A stretch of DNA of 64,000 nt from Blasia pusilla. Taxonomy: Eukaryota. The stretch is from positions 34,720,001 through 34,784,000 of the forward strand of contig CM114271.1 of the NCBI GenBank assembly GCA_050084515.1, in the 5' to 3' direction. Below, piece after piece: positions 25,185-39,099 of this stretch. The notes below the pieces were generated by a model, which was not told the origin of the DNA, ran no database searches, and worked only from the letters and a program-made list of their open reading frames with translations. Within the stretch, counting starts at the first letter, position 1; every line of letters starts with the position of its first letter. The position numbers and the translations under genes were made by a program.

Positions 25185-25700
25185 ACAGGATGCTAATCTT
25201 CTTAAGTGCCTTAGCAAACTCTCCATATAATGCCATAGGGATGCAATAAATATTTGCACATAATTTGAATATGCTTGCTTGATGTGATCCATAGGGGGAA
25301 TTGTTAATTAATAACTTCCCCCATGGCCCCATCAAGAAAATACTTCTGTAATTTGCAATGATCCTATTTTTTGTATCTAATGTAAGTAGAGAGAAAAAAA
25401 ACCATCTAGTTGAAGATTCTTGTAAACGATTTGTTCCAAAATACTTGTCAATGGTAGTTTTTTTACATGCCTAGTAATAAAAACTAATTCTTGGTTTCTT
25501 CTTAAATAGTCAAGAAAAATAGTCTCATGTGTTTATTTTCTTTGATCCATGCAATAGATTCTCTAGCAGTTAGAACTCAATCTTGATGTTGAGCATCAAG
25601 ATCTTGCTAATTTTGAGAAGATCTAAAGCCAAAAGAGTATTTTCATCTATTTAAGGGACATATCCTCGTGTTCTTGATAATTGGATTATACACATAGATA
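25185..25700 (+). repeat. Segment paralogous to 63355-63850
   Basis: Colinear matches such as CTTCTTAAGTG.CTTAGCAAA, GTTAGAACT.AATCTTGATGTT and AGATCTAAAGCCAAAAGA. Confidence 0.85.
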
Positions 25701-26334
25701 TGAATTCTAAGGAGTAAGTTTAAACTTGATCCACTGTTTTTTTTAGTGAAAACTTAGAGTAGAGAGAAAATTATTACACATAAAATTCCATGTGCATTAT
25801 TAGGAATCATTCCAAAATATTTAAAATAATTGACGTATATTAACTTTCTTTCATGTTCATCATTAAGAAAGAAACAAAGAAGGATTCATAAAAGGTTAAT
25901 GGATATTAAATACTGAATTGCTACCTTGGAAAAAGGAAGAAAATATGTTCCTTTTTGTAAGCATAATTTTTGGGGGAATATAATTGGTTCTTCAACCCTT
26001 TTTTGAGCTTCATTACATTTTGGATGCTACAACTACGTTAAATTTGATACACTATTCATATAAAATATTTCATTCAATCTTCTTCTTGTTGTAACTTAGG
26101 GTTTTTTCTTTCCTTCAACATTGGATTCTCTTTGATGGAAACCAAAGAAACTAGAGAATTAGATACAAATTAAGGAATCCAAACTCAAAGTTAAGGTATG
26201 CCTAAAAAAGAAGCATATCAAGAGATCTTGCACTCTAGAAGAATAATGAAAGAATTGAAACATAAAATAAATGCGGTTTCAAAGGTACGTGGCGATTATG
26301 AGATCTTAGATTATTAACTCTATAGATGGCTATC

Positions 26335-26575
26335 AAGATTATACACATAAAAAGTTTGTCTCCACAGACTTATGTCCGTTTGAGGAACGGACATGGCCAT
26401 GTAGGACCAAATTCCCGCAGCCCGCCCGGCTCGCAATGTAGACCCGGGCTTGAGTTGCTTGGCTAACTCGTACCTAGTCCAGCAATCCATCGCCCTTTTG
26501 TGCCACCCGTTTTATAGCCCACACCAAGCCCGTTGAGGCCAACATTGAGCCCGCCTAGTCAATAGATGGCGGACA
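26335..26575. mobile_element. Partial copy of the hAT MITE family
   Basis: Resembles the left part of 12534-13117 (CAGACTTATGTCCGT, GCAATGTAGACCCGGGCTT, TAGCCCAC). Confidence 0.6.
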
Positions 26576-29500
26576 CCTATTAACAATCACTTATTTGGCC
26601 TTTGCAAGATGAGATCTAGATCATTGATCAAGAAGCTTCTTAGAAATGAACTTATGGGCTAAAAAATTTATGAATAAGAAACTGCATAAGAAACAAGGTA
26701 GAGAGTCTCCTTCCACTCCTTCCTCGAGATCTTAAGGAGGAAAATTGTGAGAAGAAGCCATGAGGAGGATGCCATGTCTCTTAGGATTTTTCATCCCTTC
26801 ATTGCTAATCACATCATATAATCCTAGAGTTCTCGAGACTTCTCATTATTTGCAACAATCTTTGCATCCTTGCACTGCTCAAAATACATATGAAAATATG
26901 GGAGGTATAAAACTCCTAAAACCCTAAAAGATCGGGACCATGGTAGGGAACATGAGTGATTGGCACAAGCGCTATTAATTGCCTCTTTCTGAGATTTGAG
27001 ATAAGCGTCTACAATGCTTGCTCCTATTCTCATTGAAATTGAAACAATGTAGAAGTCATCTAGCCATATATGAGAACCAAGTGCAATCCCTAATGTTGAT
27101 TCATTCTTTGCGTAGCTTGCATTCTCCACCCGCATGGTGAAATAGCTGATCAAGTTTAAGGATCAACTCTCTGAAGGATTGTGATTGCATCGTTGTCCAT
27201 AAATAATCTAAGATATGTGCTTTTTGAGGAAAAACAAGTTTGAACTTCCAGTTGGAATTTTTTTTCCTCAAAATAAAGAGATGACATGAGTAGCGAGGGG
27301 ACGAGTTCAGATTTGGACATAGGAGAAGGATGCCTCAAGTCTAGAGCAATGCCACAATTTCTCTATATTTCAAAGCCATCTTTGGTTTGTTGGGAGAGGG
27401 TGTCAAGGCCTATTGTCTGCAACTAACTGACATGATCAACATATGGCTTTGGCTGGATCAAGCAAGATAGTATAGAGGAATTATGTATTGTGGATTGGCA
27501 ATCATCAAACTACACCTCCATTTGGGTGTGGTGCGGACCAAAGAGGACACACTATACCTCACTTTAGTGAAAGGGAATCAATTCTTTAATGGATTCCTCA
27601 ATGGCCCATATAGAAAAGCAAGCAAGGGAAACAAGACTTAACAAATTAATTTGAAATCAACAAAGAGGAATAGAGTAAGCAGAGATTGATGAGCTCCTAA
27701 ATTCAATACCCAAAGTTGTTGCACCTTCAATCTTAGAGACTAAGTAAAATTAGTGAGATAGTAAATCGATACGACACAATATATAGGTTTCATATATAAA
27801 AGCACATAATTCCATGCGCTTAAAAAGAGACAGTTAGAAAACGCACCACACACAACTATTACAACAATCTCTAACTCGTTTTGAGCACTCTCCAACTGGT
27901 TTCACATGCAACTCCAACTCCTTGTCTTGAATTTGGAACTCCATTGGGTATTTTCCTACCAGCGAGAGTTAATGCACCTCACATATATCCCACACAATCA
28001 TATTTTGTGGTTAAGAGTTATCCTTGAATGTAAACATTGTGGAAGGCAAAGAGTCTTCACTCATAGAGGGGCAAATGTCCCTCACTTACGGAACCTTGAA
28101 TGACAAACCAAAAAATATCATTGCATAGCGCAAAATTTTGCAAGCTCCACGAAAGCCATACTACTTGTGATATCACATACTATTCAGCCGTCCCTTATAG
28201 TAGACCCAACATCCCCTTCGCGCGGATAATATTAACTTTGTTCTAGAGTCGCCACAAGTGCTTCACTTCTTATAGAAAGGGAAATTTTTTTCCTTTCCCC
28301 ATATTCAAAATATCTTGAATGTATTTTATCTTATACTAAGCTAAAAAATTCAGTTTAGGTTTTAATAATTAAGTTTTTATTATTTATTTTTAAATCAGTT
28401 TATTTTTATAAAATTTCCTTTCTTCATTATAGAAAACATCTCTAAGTCTCCCTCATATTTCATATATTTTAATTTATAAAATTAAAATTATTACTAACAT
28501 TTAAATTTGAGAAGGAAGAATTAGTAATCGTCTTAACTTTTAATTTGTAGAATTTTTCAGATTTTACAAGAATTTCCAATATTCATGGAATATTCTTAAG
28601 TCTCACTCATGCTCATCACTTTTTTCATTTTAAAATTAAAATTAATTTATTTAAAGGCTCATGCAAAACCTAATTTTCAAGTTTAGTGTGGAGGGAAATT
28701 TGAGCAATATTTTGGAAAAAAGAATGAAAAATGGTAACAAGAGTTGGATGGGACAAGAATTCTTCTTGAAAATTTAAGTGATTTCTCTCCTACTATATTT
28801 TTAATTTTCAAGTCTGCTTAGGAGAAAAATTTTAACTTTCCTTTTGAAAAAAAGAATCAAAAGGAGTATTTCCTCTTTTCTCAATCAAAATATGAAGGTT
28901 GGGAAAATAAACAAGAATTTGTTTTTCTCCGATTAATAAGGGATTCTATCTATCCATACTATTAATACAAAGTGCATATGCCATCAAAAGACAAAAATCT
29001 CAACATATTAACATATATGTTTTCTTTCACTCTTGGATTTGAAAGGAAAGTTACATAGAGGGAGGGGGCACTTAGTAGGTAATTAAAATGCATTGTCCAT
29101 TAATCTGGAATTTAACTATCACTTCAAAAATTAATCTATGTATAGGATGGGCATACCCTAGTCTTTACTATTTTTAGTCGCCTTTTGGATGTTCAAGTCT
29201 AGAAATTCAGCATGTATCCAATGAATTCATATTAGAATTCTCCGTACTTGGCTCTAAGAGTTTGATCTGTATTACTACTTGAAGTGATACATATGAAAAG
29301 GAGAAAATATTTTACATGAAAAATTTGGAGCTTCTCGACAAATTCTAGAAATTTCTACAATTTCCCCAATGACACTCTACATTTAAAATCCAATTTTTAT
29401 TGAAAAATTATGACTTCTATATTAGACTAATTTTAGCCTCCCCGTCCCCTAATAGGAGGCTCTTAGGGCAAGGGCAGGCTAAGAATCCTAGTTTAACATG

Positions 29501-29739
29501 CATAGTTCAAGTACTGACTTTTTTTTCCTCTAGTTCCTTGTAGAGTTCTCAATAAGTAGTCGGCATGCTTATGCCATATATTGATCTCACCTCCTTATTA
29601 GGAAAAATAATCTATTTGAAAAAAGAACAAAAAATCTCTTTTCCTCTCCAAATTTGGGAAAAACATCTCCCTCCCCTAATAGCCTTATTCTCCCAATAAA
29701 ATCAACAAATTTTGTTCCTCATTTTAGGAAAAAAAAAAA

Positions 29740-31655
29740 CACTACTACATTTTGGGTGAATAAGTGAGTCTTAGGAGCCGCACTACACCCACACTAAATG
29801 GAGCCACAATGTAGCTGCAACGTTGCAAATTATTGAGTCTTGATCTTGACTTATAATAGACCCGCAAGATTATCAATATGACTCACACTTTGCGGCTTAA
29901 TGTGGCGTCAAAGTTTTCTTTTATTACACTCGCACTACATTTGGAATGACTCAGAGTTGACTCACAATGGAGCCCCATTGAAATGCATTTATATGACTAA
30001 CTTGTGAGTATAACTTGCAACTCAACCGTGATATAGTTGTTAATTCTTATTTTCCAAAGTACAAGACTTAACTAAAAATTTCAAATTTCAAACTTTCATA
30101 ATTTTCCCCCAAAAATTGTTTTGAATAGAACTCTAGGATATCCACTGCAACGATGGTGGATCAAACTATGAGGATGATGATAAGTGTGCCTAGTTACCTC
30201 GTAGGCACGCTAGTCTCCGATGACGGCATGGAGGATTTCCTCCACAACCATTTCTCCAATCCCGAGGTTGATGCGCCAAGTGAGCCTTTGGTTGATGATG
30301 CGTAAGTTCCATTATATCACGCTTCTCAAACATCTCACATGGCTAGTATCTTACTTCTCTTGAACTTGCAAAAGAGATTCTCTATTTTGATTATATTCAT
30401 GGAGGCATTGTTCCATCTATTGTATAGTATTACATACTCGTTCGGAGCCCAACATCATCCATCATCCTGAATGATAATGGTGTGTTTAGGATAGATGTGT
30501 GATACCACAAATGGAATGATAGAGAGAGTGATGAACCTTTAATCTTTCCCTAACAAGTGATGTGATATTTCTATATCGATCACATGTTCCTTTTGGATGG
30601 AGGTATGTTGTAACACATATCCTTATGAGTAGTAAAAAATACCAAAAATTTGATTTCGAGTGTGAGGATGTAGAGTGACAAACATAACATATGACACAAA
30701 TATTACACATTTTTATTACGATCCAATGGATAATTCACATCTAAAATTCACCAAGTCCCTGATGTACTGCACAATTGTACAATCCTCATTATTTTTTTAC
30801 AATGGATAAGTCGGTCTCATTCCCTCTATCAATGCTAGTTTTCTTCCTTAGAGATTGAGTCTATCATGAACTCTTCCAAGCATGCAATGCATTGCTCAAC
30901 ATAATACTCCTCAAAGGTTTTACCCTCTTTAGTATTAGGTACATACTCACTCCTTTTCAACTTTTTCTTATGCTTGTGAGTTTGAATCTTCCAACCCAAT
31001 GCTTGGTATATATCAAGGGCTATCCAATATTCGTATGTTGAGGGATCCTTTGATGTTTTACGAGATACTCTTACTAGAACCCCTTCAACCCCACCTTCAC
31101 TTGCAGAATCCATAAGTGGGTTCTAGCCTCTTGCCAAAGAAACCCACAAAAACAAAACCTTTGGTAGCTTGTTGAACTTCTAAGTACCCATATCCCCATT
31201 TTAACTCTTCAAGGTACTCCTTGTCTCCTTGATGAGCAAGTAGGATATCACAAGCATGAAATAATGACCCACTCCTCCCGTAATTCCTTTATAGGTAATA
31301 CAAGGTGAATCAACATGTTTTTTACTCTTAGTCACCTATTGTGAGTCCATTGTGACTCCACTACAATAACTCATAGTTGCAAAGTGTAATTTTTCCTGAC
31401 CATTTTTTGCAAGCTTATTACGATTTTGGGTCTTAATCATAATTGCAACTCTATTGCAAGCCCAATACGAGTTCTCACACTTGCAATGGGAGGAAAATTG
31501 TCTTCGCTTGCAAACCTACGTGGGCTCGTGATCGGCTTGCAACTCAATCACAATGAGGTTCCACGAAGTGGACTTGAAATGGACTTGCAAATAAGCTGCT
31601 CTCGGAAAAATTGGACTAACAATGAAGTTGTCTCAATGCCTTGATCCCTAGTAGG
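29740..31655 (+). mobile_element. Degenerate CACTA (En/Spm) derivative
   Basis: Left end CACTACTAC; imperfect right end ..CTAGTAGG; subterminal TTGCAA/GACTCAC repeats. Tnp2-like N-terminal remnant A*VPLYHASQTSHMASILLLLNLQ..FMEALFHLL at ~30300-30430. Confidence 0.65.
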
Positions 31656-32349
31656 TAATTCTTCACCAACTAGCCTTATTCTTCCATTCTTCATCTTATA
31701 CATAATATTTATTTTTTCCCCAAAATGTATTCATATTTCCTTTTCTACCAAATTTTGGATTGGATTTTTTTCCAAATTTTTTATCCTTTTTCCAATAAAA
31801 ATATTTTATTACATGGGAAAAAGTAATGATCAAGAGACGAGAGAATAATTTCTAACTTCTCAATCTTATATTTTCATTTTATCCCCCCTCCCCCTCAAAT
31901 AAATCCAAAATCCAAGATTTTTTTTTCCTCCTTTGTTATTGAAAATTAATTTTACACATAACTAACCATTATTTTTTGGATCTTAATGTTAATTAAGTTG
32001 TTTGGGTTAGGATATATTCAACACCTTGGGAGCATGACATTCAAATATAAAATATGTTTAAGATTATTCAAATTTAATGATATATAATGGATATGAATTT
32101 AATTACCATGCATTGCACGAACACCTTCCTAAGTAATGATAAATCTATGATTAGACTCACACGTGTACATCAAGAGCACAAAATTGCTCCATTACTAGTG
32201 ATCATGTCTCCAAAATCTAAGTATGTAGCATTATCATATCCAATATGATTATATTTAGGACGTACCCATCGTCTTTATAACCATGGGAACAGGGGACGTC
32301 AAGCATGATATATGCTATCCTCTCAAAAAACCATCACAAGCCAACATGG

Positions 32350-32900
32350 TAGGTGGTTTAGGGTTTAGGGTTTATGCACATATGAGCATAAAACACGATT
32401 CTCAAATCTGTATGTATACTTGCTAAGCTCCAATCTACTCTCCCATTTAGTTTTGGAAGATGATATGACACAATTACGCACATAATCTTTCCACACCATA
32501 TTTTCTTGACCATCCAACATGGGAATCCAATAGGTAACATCTCATGTACTTGCAAAATTATATATCGTACAATAATATCTAATGTCGTTAACGTTATCTA
32601 CTATAAGTATATACAATCTCTAAGATGGAGGCTATTGATCTATAAACAATAACCTCCCTAAAAAATGGTTGTACACCTCAATATGTCTCTATCATGAGCA
32701 ATAGGCAAGTTCTTAAATGCCATGGGCATCGTTTTGCAAAAAAAAATCCCCCCTTTGAGAAATTAGAATATGCTTGTATCCACACACCAGGATCATCAAG
32801 GTATGACACGTCGACACCTCTGAAATTGTAGATCTCTAGATTTCCTTCACATCTAATGATCTATCAAAAGATAAATTTCTAAAGTAGATATCTTGAATTC
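32350..32900 (-). mobile_element. Possible highly eroded LTR-retrotransposon integrase remnant
   Basis: VSYHLPKLNGRVD resembles the integrase motif SxYHPQxNGQVE. Confidence 0.35.
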
Positions 32901-34349
32901 TGTCTCCACTTATAATTGTCCTTTTTCATCATTTTACCAATTAGGATAGGATTAAATATTTTGAGCCGTAATTAAAATAGCAATACTTTATAATCAATTT
33001 CAATATTCTTTCAATATATGTCTAGCTAATCACTTTTGAAATAATAGTGGTTTATTTCATCATTGGAATTATCTTATTCTAATATTAGAATAATTTCATT
33101 CCCATACCTATTCATCTCTCAAACAATATCCTTCAAACTTATATCCAATATTGGAACAAATTATTTACAAAATTTCCCTCAAATTTCCAAACACTTAATC
33201 ATTAATCGACTAATAATGGTACACTAGAATAATGTCTTTCCAACTTTCTTCCAACATTCATCAATTACTGAATATCTCCACACAAATCATCAATCAATCA
33301 ACAATTGATTGCATATATTTGAAATTTGAACAATATCATTTGAATTTGCTTTAAACATTAACTCATTACTACATATCCCAACACTAAGTTATTGACATAT
33401 CAATATTGTATTTCTAACATTTGAACAATATCTTTCAACTTACTAGCTTCTGTCATTGTCGTTCTGATAGAAATATTTATAGTTGGTGATATTTTACAAT
33501 CTCATTCAATAAAAAAATGACATGTGTGACCACTTTGCATATTAACATAAGAGGAACTATGAAAAACAAGAGTATAGATTTAATTTAATATGTCTTATGT
33601 GATCTTATGGTATGGGACGAGGCAAAAAATGAGAAGTTGTCTAAGACATTTGTTAGTGTGTTTGTCTGAATTTTTTTTATGTATTGGAATTGACTTCTAC
33701 GAACATTCCAATATTATCTTACTCATACCAAACACATCTTGGATCTAGCTATAATGATTTCAAATGAGGAGAACCTCCAAATGCTCAATCAAGTTCCGAG
33801 CTAGACTAGAGTCTCCTTGGAGTCAAACTCTTGTGGGACTTGACTTCTTCTCAAGTTTTTCTTGAAATTTGATCATACTCTTCTAGGTCAAAATATTTTC
33901 ATCTGAGATGTCTGTTACGACTAGTGTCTCAGTGTGAACCTGCTAGACTTCTGATGCTCTATGTAGGCACCCGTTTGAGGGTTGCAATAGTCTCCTCTTA
34001 TAATAGTATGGAAATAGTAATGAATTTATTTTCACCATTTTGATTTTTCTACTATTTTTTGTGGCAAATTTCTTTTTCTTGGAGTATTCCTCTCTGAAAA
34101 AATCACCCTTTCTATTTCATCATCCCAAATTTTTTTCTCTCTAACCTACTTTTATTTACTATCTCTATCAAGAGATCCTATGATGAGTATGACAACTCAA
34201 GATTTGAGAATCTTGTAAATGGGTGGATTTAGTTTAGAAGAATGATTCATGAGATTTTGCAATGAAATTGCTTTTCCTCCACAAGGTAGATTTGAGTTGC
34301 ATTCTCAATTTGTTTATTTTTTATTTTTCGTATCTGTAGCTCCAAACCA

Positions 34350-35720
34350 CTTGGGAGAAATCCCGTTCTTATGTAGTGAAGAGTATAAGGGTTCCATTAA
34401 TTCAAAACTTGGGTACTTGAATGTGTCATATGGATTGTAGTACACGTCCACTCTAGAATCTTTTCGAGGGCTTTGTCATAGCCTTGCAAGGATCAATTTC
34501 TACAATGTCAAGCTGCCTAGCACAAAATTTTGTAATTAGAGGACAAAAAATTCAGATTTAATGTTGTATACTTGAGGTGGATAAATTGGATATTATGTAA
34601 AGGTGGTGAGTGTGACTTGTGAATGGGAATTCAACATATGTTGATTCTAAAATTTTGATTGAGTGGTGCCTTTCCCTTAGCATTTGAGCAGATGGAGGCT
34701 TAATTTATGGTCTCGTTTCTTGGGTCCATTGTCCATACCTATAGAATATTAGAGTGTTGATAAAGCTCAACCTATAACGTGTGAACTTGCTCTCGAATAT
34801 TTGGGGTTTCAATCCAAAAGAGTCGGAGGAATTTTGAATCTTCGCTTACAAGAACCTATCACAAAAAAACCATTAGACAAACCGTTATGTAATATTTTTA
34901 TATCCCACTTAATGTCCAAATGTTGACTTTTTGGTAGAAATATACTGATTATGTCTTGGTATCTAGTGTAAGGACTTGTGTTTATCCTTTGCATAAATTT
35001 TGATGCATATATCTTGATAGTCTCTTGATCTCATCAAGGTTTTTGTGAATTGTGTGTTTATTTCAAAATTGTGTGTACAAGACCAATCATTGCAATTTAC
35101 GTGTTTATGAAGGTAGATCTGCATTTGAATGAATTTTCTAATCATCTAAATATCAATTTTCCTTTTTTTGAAACATCCATTCCACATAATTTATATTATT
35201 TCTCGACTTTTCTAGATGATCTCGATCATCCCCATAAATTTCTTCATGCAGGGATTGTGACTAACGTTAGTTGTGCCATTCTTAATATTTTTCAAATACT
35301 TTATGAGTGAATCAAACTAAATGTACCCATAATGATGATTTACGTAAAATGGATGATCATACTCAATCAATCTAATAGTATATGAGTTTTGTAGATAAAT
35401 TTGCGCCAGTTAGACCTTCCATTTGTAGGAAGCAAATAATTATTTTCACAAACAAAGACGAAAATGTGTGTAAGAGACCAGTCATTGCAAATTTAGGTGT
35501 TTATGAAGGTAGATCTGCATTTGAATGAATTGTCTAATCATCTAAATATCAATTTTCCTTTTTCTGAAACATCCATTCCACATAATTTATATTATTTCTC
35601 AACTTTTGTAGATGATCTCGATCCTCCCCATAAATTTCTTTATGTAGGGATTGCGACTAACATTAGTTGTTTCATTCGTGATATTTTTCAAATACTTTAT
35701 GAGTGAATCAAACTAAATTT
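34350..35720 (+). repeat. Decayed copy of the 51400-56450 unit (5' part), with internal ~250-bp direct duplication 35070-35320/35465-35716
   Basis: 34757 TGATAAAGCTCAACCTATAACGTGTGAAC.. matches 51871..; further matches extend to ~52790. Confidence 0.85.
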
Positions 35721-38700
35721 TATCACATTTGAGTAGCCGATAGGCCGAGATATATCGTGGATAGGGCATAGGAGTCAGCGGATTGTCTTGATTGTAACTT
35801 TGTCCCGAGATGTCAGATGAGGTAGAGGATAGGTCCGTTGTGTCAAGAATGTCATTTCTGACAACTTTCTTGTTGAGGTCGTTTGGAGTCGAATGACTTG
35901 TTGAGCTGGTCATCCACCCCTGGTAACCTGTGCACGCAAGTTACCAGGAGGATAGCTATTTTTAGGGGAAGAGCCTTTTGGATTTTCCCAACCCTATATA
36001 AGCAAGGAAGATGGCTTTCCCAAGCCATCTTTCTCATGTTGGGCCATTGGAGTACCATTCTTGTTCGTGTGTGTGAGTTAGGACTATGTGCTAGCGTCTG
36101 GATTCCTTGATAGCAGAGGGTGGACGAGGCTCGGTATGTAGATTGAGGAGTAGAGTTTTAAGCCGGGTGTGCCATTTTTACTACTCTTTATTTTTACATG
36201 AGAAAGATATCAGGGGGCTGGTGGGAATTCGTTGTTTGCAGGTAGGCAAGTGAGTTGTCTCGATGGGGAGCCCTTTGAGACGTTGGTTGGCATTTTGTTA
36301 TCATTTTTTTGTTCAAAAAGCCGTGCGCAGAAGCGTTGTCCATTTTTCTCATATTTCTCTAATGCAGGTTGACGGGGGACGGTGGTTGGGCATAGCACAG
36401 AGTGGGGCGGCAAGTGTATCGACGAAAGTAGCGGGAGAAGAAGAAGAGAAGTGTGAAACATGACTTGCAACCGCTAGGGGGTTATCAATAAAGGCGGCCA
36501 GGCTAGGGCGTAGCCGCCTAAGGGTAGAGTTAAGTTAGAGATGAGGGCAGGGCGGGACGGGAACAGAGCAAGGCGCGGCGGAGTACGTTAGGTCGAGGCG
36601 CAAGTGGAGTACGTTAAGACCGGGCGGAGTACATTGGGATAGGGCGAAGTATATTGGGACGAGGCGCAGGCCGCAATTCCCTCACCCCTACAAGTCTCAT
36701 AGGGGCGCGGGCCAAAAGCCACCCCTCCCCCCCGGTAGGAGATTCATAGGGGCGCGGTCCAAAGGACACGCCCCCTCCCCTCCCCCCATTGAGCCATCTC
36801 CACCCCGCATAGGGCCGCGGGCCAAGCCCGTGCCCCTCCCCATTCCCCACGTGGCTGAGAGCGCCATGGTCGGCGCCTTTCCGACGTGGTAGGCAAGGCG
36901 CACGTGGTACAAAAGGCGGACGTGGCCGGCAGGGTGAACATGGTTAGGTGGGAGGACGTAGTAGGCAGGGCTGACATGGTAGGTCGGATGGATGTGGTAG
37001 AGGCGTGGGCGACATGGTAGATGGGTTGACATGGTTGGGGTCAGACGTGGTTGAGTTGAGTTACGTAGTGGGAGAGCGTTGTTGAGACTTGGTGTTTCGC
37101 GAGCATGGTGGGATTCGTGCCAAGAGTTTGGCAGTTATGACGAGTTGATTGGGGGTCGATGCAATAGTTCTTCATCGAGTATGGATGCGAGGGTTGTGAT
37201 AGAGACACACACGCGGATGTTGATGGGAGGTTTGAGGTGTTAGTCACGGAGAGTATTATGTTGGGGAGGTTGCCGCACCACATGGAGGAGTGCGTGTTGA
37301 CGGTGCCGTAGGTTGGAGGGCATGATCAGGTTATCCATTCGAGTCCTTTTTCCCGCACTTATCTTATGTGATTGAGAGTGCTGGGTATCGGGTAGTTGTT
37401 GGGGCTAGATGGGTGTATCAATGGTGACAAATGTAGTCTCCATGCATGTGTAGCATGTTTGTTAATATATGGCGGTTTTTGACTAGGGGTCACGTGTATG
37501 ACCCGAGAGTGTCCGAAGTTTAGGTGAGTTAGTTGGGAGGCTCATGGTGAGCCCAAGTGTTGAGTGTGCGTAAGGCCGGGTGTGTCATCACGGGATTACC
37601 ATTAGCGCAGGTGAGCCAGTGAGGAGTGTGGGAGAGTCTTGGTGAATCTGAGTGCTTGAGCAAGTGAGACAGAGTTGTCATCCCGGCGTTCTTCCAGGGT
37701 TCGGAAGAACGGGATAGTGCGAGCAGCAACTGTGGTGTGACACGGAGTGGAGTGAGATATTGAGGGGTTACGAGTGAGAAGTTACCTCAACTTCCATCCG
37801 TGGTTGGATCGTCATTATTGGAAAGCGGGTTTGGTGACGAGATCACAAACAGAGACAGTGTCACTTGGTAGGAGATGGACAACATCGGCCACCTGGGCAT
37901 GCGTCATTTCTCGGGTGCAGTGGGCACCATCGACTTAGATGACTTCATCCACGAGTTGATACGTGGTGCGATTTCCAAGAGATACAGACCCCAACACGGT
38001 TCAACCCTTTCATGGCATGGAAGGGGTTGTTCCATCACTTGGAGGGTCCTTCGCTGGATGATTACATGAAATTTTGATCACTATATTTAGAAGAGATTGA
38101 TGCCTGGAGGATGGATTGGGCTTCAGGGTATGTGTCCACTAGTGATCGCGAGGCATATGATGGAGAGAGATCCACACCATCAGCCCAAAGACTAGATGGA
38201 GAGGAGGGCAGTGAGACAGGCGATGTGGCAGAGACCTTTGGTGGTAGAGGGCCACCCAGCTTCAGTCCCACAGTGGAGTTCTTTTGACAGTTAGGAAAGA
38301 GCTACAAGGGCATACGCACCGACAAGCTGAAGAGTCTACAGAATTTTCAGCGACAATCAAGTGAGAGTCTGAGAGAGTCATTCGTGCGCATGAGGAGGCA
38401 GATCATTGCTACTTATGGAGTGATTGAGGCGCAGGCAGTCTAGTATTGGTACGGGGTTCTGGATCGAGAACTACGGAGGAGAGTCCGAGATGCAGTGTTA
38501 ATTCACACAGCGAAGCCCACATTGAAGGTGGTCTTTGAGTTGTTTGAGCGTATTGAGCTCAACATGAGTGAGGAGGAGGTAGTGACCACTGGGTTTTCTC
38601 GAGAGTCAACGGATCCACGAGTGACCATAACCCCACAGGTACCACAACGAGCACCAGTACCCACGGAGCAAGCCAGTGTGCCCAGAGAGCAGGGTGAGTA

Positions 38701-39030
38701 CCGTGAGCCTATGAGGCAACGACCCGTACCTACATATGTTGCCCAACAGGGACCAATATTATCTTGTTGGACGTGTGGAGGGGCCCATAGGCAAAGAGAC
38801 TGCCCACAGCATGGGAGAGGACCATGAGCGCCTCCGATTGCTCACGAGCCACAAAGGATGGCCCCACCACAGTACTAGTGTGACTATTGCCATAGATATG
38901 GTCACACTAGGGATAGATGTTTTGACCTTCGTCGAGAAGCACATCCAGAGGTAGGTCAAGGGCCTAGGGGCGGTCGTCCTGGAGGAGGTCCAGAAGTTGT
39001 TGCTAGACGTGGTGGTAGAGGACCACCAAA
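35721..39030 (+). mobile_element. Ty3/Gypsy element, truncated: probable ~2.1-kb LTR (35721-37863) + PBS-like TTGGTAGG + gag pseudogene
   Basis: gag 37875-~38950 MDNIGHLG..FSG..DLDDFI with zinc knuckles CWTCGGAHRQRDC and CDYCHRYGHTRDRC. LTR ends T(A)TCAC...GTGTCA. GC-rich subrepeats at 36480-37050. Confidence 0.75.
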
Positions 39031-39099
39031 TGCCAAAAAAATTACTATAGCAAATTCTAAGGAATCTCAATTGATATGGATGCCAAGTACATCTCAATA

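Noticed and set aside
26590-27560. Possible decayed coding sequence
   Set aside because: Looks coding-like, but no family could be recognised on either strand.
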